The notes under the pieces were generated by a model. That model did not search any database. It saw only the letters and a program-made list of their open reading frames with translations, and was not told where the DNA came from. This document shows positions 58,890 through 64,000 of a stretch of 64,000 nt of DNA, in pieces. Position 1 is the stretch's first letter; every line of letters begins with the position of its first letter. The position numbers and the translations under genes are program-made. This DNA comes from Eledone cirrhosa (lineage: Eukaryota): the NCBI GenBank assembly GCA_964016885.1, contig OZ024756.1, positions 30,690,001 through 30,754,000 of the forward strand, given 5' to 3'.

Positions 58890-59325
58890 TACGTAGTTAC
58901 TTTGCTTGGGAGAAATAGCAGCTAAATCGCCCTCTTCTAAATCTGATGAAATTGCCCTCTCCTAAATCTGGTGAAACTCGGAGCGTATTCTTAAGTAAGT
59001 AGTGGCTCTAGTTGTTAGAAATAGCAGCCAAATATCCCTCAATTTACGGCTCACCATCTTTCTAAATCCGCTAAAATGTGGAGAGTATTCTTAAGTAATG
59101 ACTCTAGTTGCTAGAATTAGCAGCCAGATATCCCTCAATTTATGCTTTAACATCTTTTTAAATGCACTAAAACGTGGAGAGTGTTCTTAAGTAGTGATTC
59201 AATTTAGACTCCAGCATCTGACAAAGCACGGAGAGAGTTCCGAAGTAGTTGTTCTACTTGCTAGAAACAGCAGTCAAATGACCCCCCTCCCACAATCTAC
59301 GCTTCATTGTCTTTTGAAAATCTGA
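58890..59325. repeat. Degenerate tandem repeat of about 95 bp or longer, about 4 units
   Basis: AGTTG.TAGAA.TAGCAGCCA.ATATCCCTCAATTTA...AAATCCGCTAAAA.GTGGAGAGT.TTCTTAAGTA. Confidence 0.8.
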
Positions 59326-59410
59326 ACGATGGTGAGATTTTCAAAGTAATAGCATTAGTGACTTTGTGTACTTCAAATCACAATTTACTCCCCCCCTCTC
59401 TATTTCTCTC

Positions 59411-59521
<111 letters not shown>

Positions 59522-59649
59522 ATTATATATATATATATATATATATGCATGTATGTATGTTTGTAAAAGGTAAAGAGAAATAACAAGACAATCGGTACAG
59601 TATATGGAAGGGATATATTAGGTTAACGTCTGATATAGCAGGAAAAGTG

Positions 59650-59685
59650 TCTTAACGTTTCCGACGTTAGACCTTCATCAGAAGA
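59650..59685 (-). ncRNA. Minimal hammerhead, family H
   Basis: Minus strand TCTT-CTGATGA-AGGTCtaacGTCG-GAAA-CG-TT-AAGA; stem II degenerate. Confidence 0.6.
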
Positions 59686-59977
59686 GAGAATGAGAAATAA
59701 GATAGATTGAGGGGACGGGCTGGTTATATATATATATGTATATATAAAATGAGAGAGAGAGACAGCGGGAGAGAGAGAGAGTGAGAGAGAGAGACACAGA
59801 GAGAAAGAAAGAGAAAGAGAGAGAGAGGGGGAGAGAGAGAGGGAGAGAGAGGGGGGGATATTAATAAATGTTTCGGGAAGAAATCAGTCCGACACAGTGT
59901 GTGACAAGCAATGGTTCTTTGATATACACGCACACCTTGTTGTTGTTTTTTGGCGTTTTGTTTTCTCTTTCCATGTG

Positions 59978-60100
59978 AGTGGAATAGAGCAATATGAAGT
60001 TAAGTGTCTTGCTGAAGGAGACATCATGTTACAGAACAATCGAACTGTTGCACTTACAATTGTAAATTGAACACACTAATCACCAATCACACGCCTTCAC
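59978..60100 (-). mobile_element. SINE family 2
   Basis: GAGCAATATGAAGTTAAGTGTCTTGCTGAAGGA...CGCCTTCAC. Confidence 0.7.
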
Positions 60101-60110
60101 AACAAATAAT

Positions 60111-60487
60111 TTGTTTCTACTTTTGGCACAAGGCCAGAAACTATTCCAGTCTATTACTGGTACTTTATTTTATCGACCCCGTAAGGATGAAAGGCAAAGT
60201 TAACCTTGGCGGGAATTGAACTCAGATCATAAAGGGACGTAACTATGCTGGAAAGGATATCCGACCCTCTACCGATACTGCCAATTCACCGCCCCAACAA
60301 ATAATTGTTTCTACTTTAGGCACAAGGCCAGCAATCACCCAGTGTATTACTGGTACTTTATTTTATCGACCCCGTAAGGATGAAAGGCAAAGTTAACCTC
60401 GGCGGGAATTAAACTCAGATCATAAAGGGACGTAACTATGCTGGAAAGGATATCCGACCTTCTACCGATACTGCCAATTCACCGCCC
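60111..60487 (-). mobile_element. Tandem pair of family-1 SINEs
   Basis: 60111-60294 and 60305-60487; CAACAAATAAT at 60100, 60295 and 60488. Confidence 0.92.
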
Positions 60488-61207
60488 CAACAAATAATAT
60501 ACTAGTGATAGCACATAGCGAACATGGCGAAATCTAGAAATCAGAAATTATAACCATGTAATACATGATAAACAGAATTTCGAAAGGAAACTCCATAAAT
60601 GTTAATAACTTCTTTAAATGCTTAGCATCATTTCGGAAAACGCCGAAGGCCATCTTGCTGATGTATCACGTCACCTTCAATTTCCGTTCGTATGGAAAAA
60701 TTAGTTTAACATTAAATATTGGATGACTATACAAATGCGCACATACTCACTCATACAGACACACGTACATACACACACGCACGCAAACGCACACACATAC
60801 ATACATGCCCGCACACACATACAAATGCACATATATACGCGGACATGTGTGTATATACATATATACACACATACATAGATATATATAGATATATAATAAC
60901 ATATAATCATATATATATATAAGTGTTGAAGTTTCCGTGGAAAGAGTAAAAGGAATGAATAGTGCTCTATGTAAGTTACAGAGCTAAATATTTAATGTAT
61001 AATGAACAATACAATATAATTACCTCATTTCCGGAGGTTTCCCGAACAGGACGAATACAAGAGAGAGAGAGGGGGAGATTTATATATGTGTATATATAGA
61101 TTTATATATAGATCTATATATATATATATATGTCCATATATATATAAATAGAACTCACAACATTAAGTTCATGTCTGAATATGTCACTATCTGTAAACCA
61201 ACTTTTG

Positions 61208-61267
61208 TATTTTATCTGATGAGAGCGTCCAAAATGTGTGTACCCTTGAAATATATATAATAAAATA
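61208..61267 (+). ncRNA. Type I hammerhead related to family A
   Basis: Stem I TATTTTAT/ATAAAATA; CTGATGA 61216-61222; GAAA 61248-61251; stem III palindrome TATATA in place of TGCGCA. Confidence 0.7.
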
Positions 61268-61298
61268 AATATGGTTTTATAAAGATAGCTTCCATTTA

Positions 61299-61413
<115 letters not shown>

Positions 61414-61417
61414 TATA

Positions 61418-61610
61418 TAGGAACGAGTAGGACCCAGACGGCTGAGCTCAAGCCGTTTCGACGGCTAATTCTGGACTAATTAGCCGTCGAAACGGCTTGA
61501 GCTCAGCCGTCGGGGTCCTACTCGTTCCTATTACCCACTCTACTACCCTATGTATTGAGTACTTTGGTGCGTTATGGTCCACCTGGTTCCTTACCACATT
61601 TCCTCCGTTA
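61418..61610. mobile_element. Family B fold-back
   Basis: TAGGAACGAGTAGGACCC...TTCGACGGCTAATT / AATTAGCCGTCGAA...CTCGTTCCTA plus tail; TA flanks. Confidence 0.88.
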
Positions 61611-61617
61611 TATATAT

Positions 61618-61687
<70 letters not shown>

Positions 61688-61760
61688 TGAGAGAAAGAGA
61701 GAAAGGGAGAGAGGGGAGAGAGATTTATATATGTATGTATATAGAGATGTATGTATATGT

Positions 61761-61792
<32 letters not shown>

Positions 61793-61793
<1 letters not shown>

Positions 61794-62907
61794 GTAGGAG
61801 GTGAGTTTTATTGTAGTACAATAAAAGGCACATATACATACACCTCTTTAAAATATACCCATCTACCTTACTTTAAAGGGCATTATACACTCTATAATAC
61901 TCGTTTACTCATTACCCTCATTCTATCTTCTCGTAAAATAATAACATTTGTTTTTGACATTTTGAATATTCATCCGCAATCATTATTATTTTTTCTCTCT
62001 ATCATAATTATTTTTTCTCTCTATCATAAATCTTTTTAATCTCAATTTCATCCTTAATTTATTAATTTATTATTTTTTTCTCCCCATCAACGAACTCATT
62101 ATTAATACATATTAACTCTTTATTCGCACATATTATCAATTCAATATACAAACTTTAACTTTACATTATTTTTCTCAAATCCTTCTACACACAAACCTTA
62201 ACAATTTTTCTCTTCGCTAATTTTGAAATTGCCACAATACATACATTTCTTCTTTTGACGTTAGAATATTCACCCACAATTATTATTTTTTTCTCTCTAT
62301 CTTCATACATAATTTCCCTTCGTTAATTTTCAAATTCCTTTAATTTATACATTATCTTCCAACGGTTCCCAACCTCTCTATATTAAAACAATATATCTTT
62401 TTCTCAGTTATAAAAACTATCTCTTTCTCTCTATCACCCATCTCTCCCTCTCCACCTTCACTCTCATCTCCTCCCCCTTTTTTCATCCCCCCCCCCTCCC
62501 TAAATAAAATATTTTTTCCTCGCACATATCCTCCCTTCGTTAATTTTCAAAATTTTTAATTTATACAGTATCTTCCAACGGTTTTCAACCCTTCTATGTA
62601 AAAAATATATCTCCTCTCAGTTATAAAAACTATCTCTTTCTCTCTATCACCCATCTCTCCCTCTCATCTCCTTCCCTTTTCATCCCCCCCCTCTCTAAAT
62701 AAAACATTTTTCCCAATATCACACATCAATCTAAAACCACTTTTCATATGTTGATTTAAAACTGCACTATCCACAAGTGTTTTTTAGCCTTCATATCATG
62801 TTCTCCTGTTTTATCTGATGAAAACACAAATATTATTGCTTGATGATGTTTGTTTTTGAAATGCGCATAATAAAATATATGGAACTCCTTTAACCATCTT
62901 TTGATCT

Positions 62908-62913
<6 letters not shown>
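61793..62913 (+). mobile_element. Family A element, about 1.1 kb: inverted tail tip, internal region and terminal repeat
   Basis: Starts TGTAGGAGGTGAGTTTTATTGTAGTACAATAAA; internal region resembles 17150-17600; internal duplication of about 190 bp (62320-62520 / 62530-62712); TA flanks. Confidence 0.8.
62807..62877 (+). ncRNA. Type I hammerhead ribozyme, family A
   Basis: Stem I TGTTTTAT/ATAAAATA; CTGATGA 62815-62821; stem II CAAATATTATT-gctt-GATGATGTTTG with G-U pairs; GAAA-TGCGCA-TA. Confidence 0.85.
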
Positions 62914-62951
<38 letters not shown>

Positions 62952-63339
62952 GAAGAGAGAGAGAGGGAGCGAGGGAATGAACCATTCTTATGATGCTATG
63001 GCGGAATCTGGAGGTAACTTCTGAACTTCTGAGGTCCTCTCAGCGGTAGGCAGGTCATTTCGTGCAGATATCTCTCCTAATTTCCACAGTAGAATATCGT
63101 TACTTTTACTCCACGTATTGCCCTCGATGGAACATTGGAACATATATCTAAGAGAAAAGTCTAGAACATCGATGACTAATAAATGAAGGCGAAGAGCAAT
63201 CTTTTGATATATAGACTCCTTTTCTTTTGTATCATCGATAAAGGTCTCATAACAACTAATTCCCCAAAATTTATCCGAAAATATAAAATGTTTAATGTAG
63301 TAAATATTGTAAAATATTCAACAAAAAATATATTTTGTC

Positions 63340-63650
63340 TAATCACAGCCACAAGAATGTGGTCCGAACGTGGAAGAGCGGATCAACCACTGTTATCGCC
63401 TCCATCTCTCTCGTCCTCCCCATCTCTCTCTATGGTGAGCAAATGGGGTCTCACGTGCTGGCCTCTCCACAGCCCCGGCGGACAGAATGGAGAAGGCGTT
63501 TTGCCAGAGGATGGTAATGAAGATGCGCTAGAAGGGTCATTCCATCTCGGCAGGCTTACACCTGCGGCTGGCAGGTGAGTAGGGAGGTGGTCCCAGGGCC
63601 AAGGACACCAGAAGTATCCACTGCCAAGGGCACGACCGCAAACCTGTCGG
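63340..63650 (+). mobile_element. GC-richer repeat, possibly a LINE (RTE-like) 5' UTR
   Basis: Second, inverted copy at 44712-44835; classification from general resemblance only. Confidence 0.45.
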
Positions 63651-63766
63651 TGAGCGACCGATTATCCACTGAGCTACGAGCTTTGCTCTAAATAGTATAA
63701 ACTAAACAACAAATGCACTTAACCCGAAGGCATCTAATATAAGTGACAATCTTATTTAAGTCTGTA

Positions 63767-63934
63767 GGGCGGTGGTTTGGCAGAATCGGTAGAGCGTCAG
63801 ACACCATGCTTTGCAGAATAGTTATGGCCCTTTGCGTTCTGAGTTCAAATCCGCCGAGGTTAACTTTGCCGATGAAATAAAGTGCCAGTGATCCACTGAG
63901 GTAATCGCTGGCCTTGTGCCAAAAGTAGAAACTC
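63767..63934 (+). mobile_element. SINE family 1 with 13-bp TSD
   Basis: TATTTAAGTCTGT at 63753-63765 and 63935-63947. Confidence 0.9.
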
Positions 63935-64000
63935 TATTTAAGTCTGTGAATCGTTAACACGTGTCTTTAAATATCTCGGTATATTCATGACTCACTGCGC

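Noticed and set aside
63440-63500. HDV-like ribozyme in the putative LINE 5' UTR
   Set aside because: Could not fold a convincing nested double pseudoknot by eye; needs an RNArobo/Infernal search

Overview
AT-rich, extremely microsatellite-rich eukaryotic non-coding DNA. The repeat content resembles an octopus/cephalopod genome (inference). I can support no host protein-coding gene: nearly all ORFs in the track are translations of (TA)n, (CA)n, (TACA)n, (GA)n, (GAT)n or (CAA)n tracts. Recognisable content includes more than 20 copies of a tRNA-derived SINE (one tandem array, several with target-site duplications), a second SINE family, a hAT-type MITE, a decayed Penelope-like (PLE) reverse transcriptase, a LINE RT remnant, several minisatellites and a 15-bp repeat that reads as pentapeptides. 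The most notable structure is a set of about 9-10 apparently unrelated short modules sitting in or beside (TA)n tracts. Most form asymmetric fold-back inverted repeats, with family-fixed ends where several copies exist, and most carry a type I hammerhead ribozyme motif that I folded by eye. These look like a multi-family set of PLE terminal-repeat hairpin insertions targeting (TA)n. In one family the ribozyme lies antisense to the adjacent RT. Family letters A-K are my own labels. Coordinates were read by eye and may be off by a few bases.
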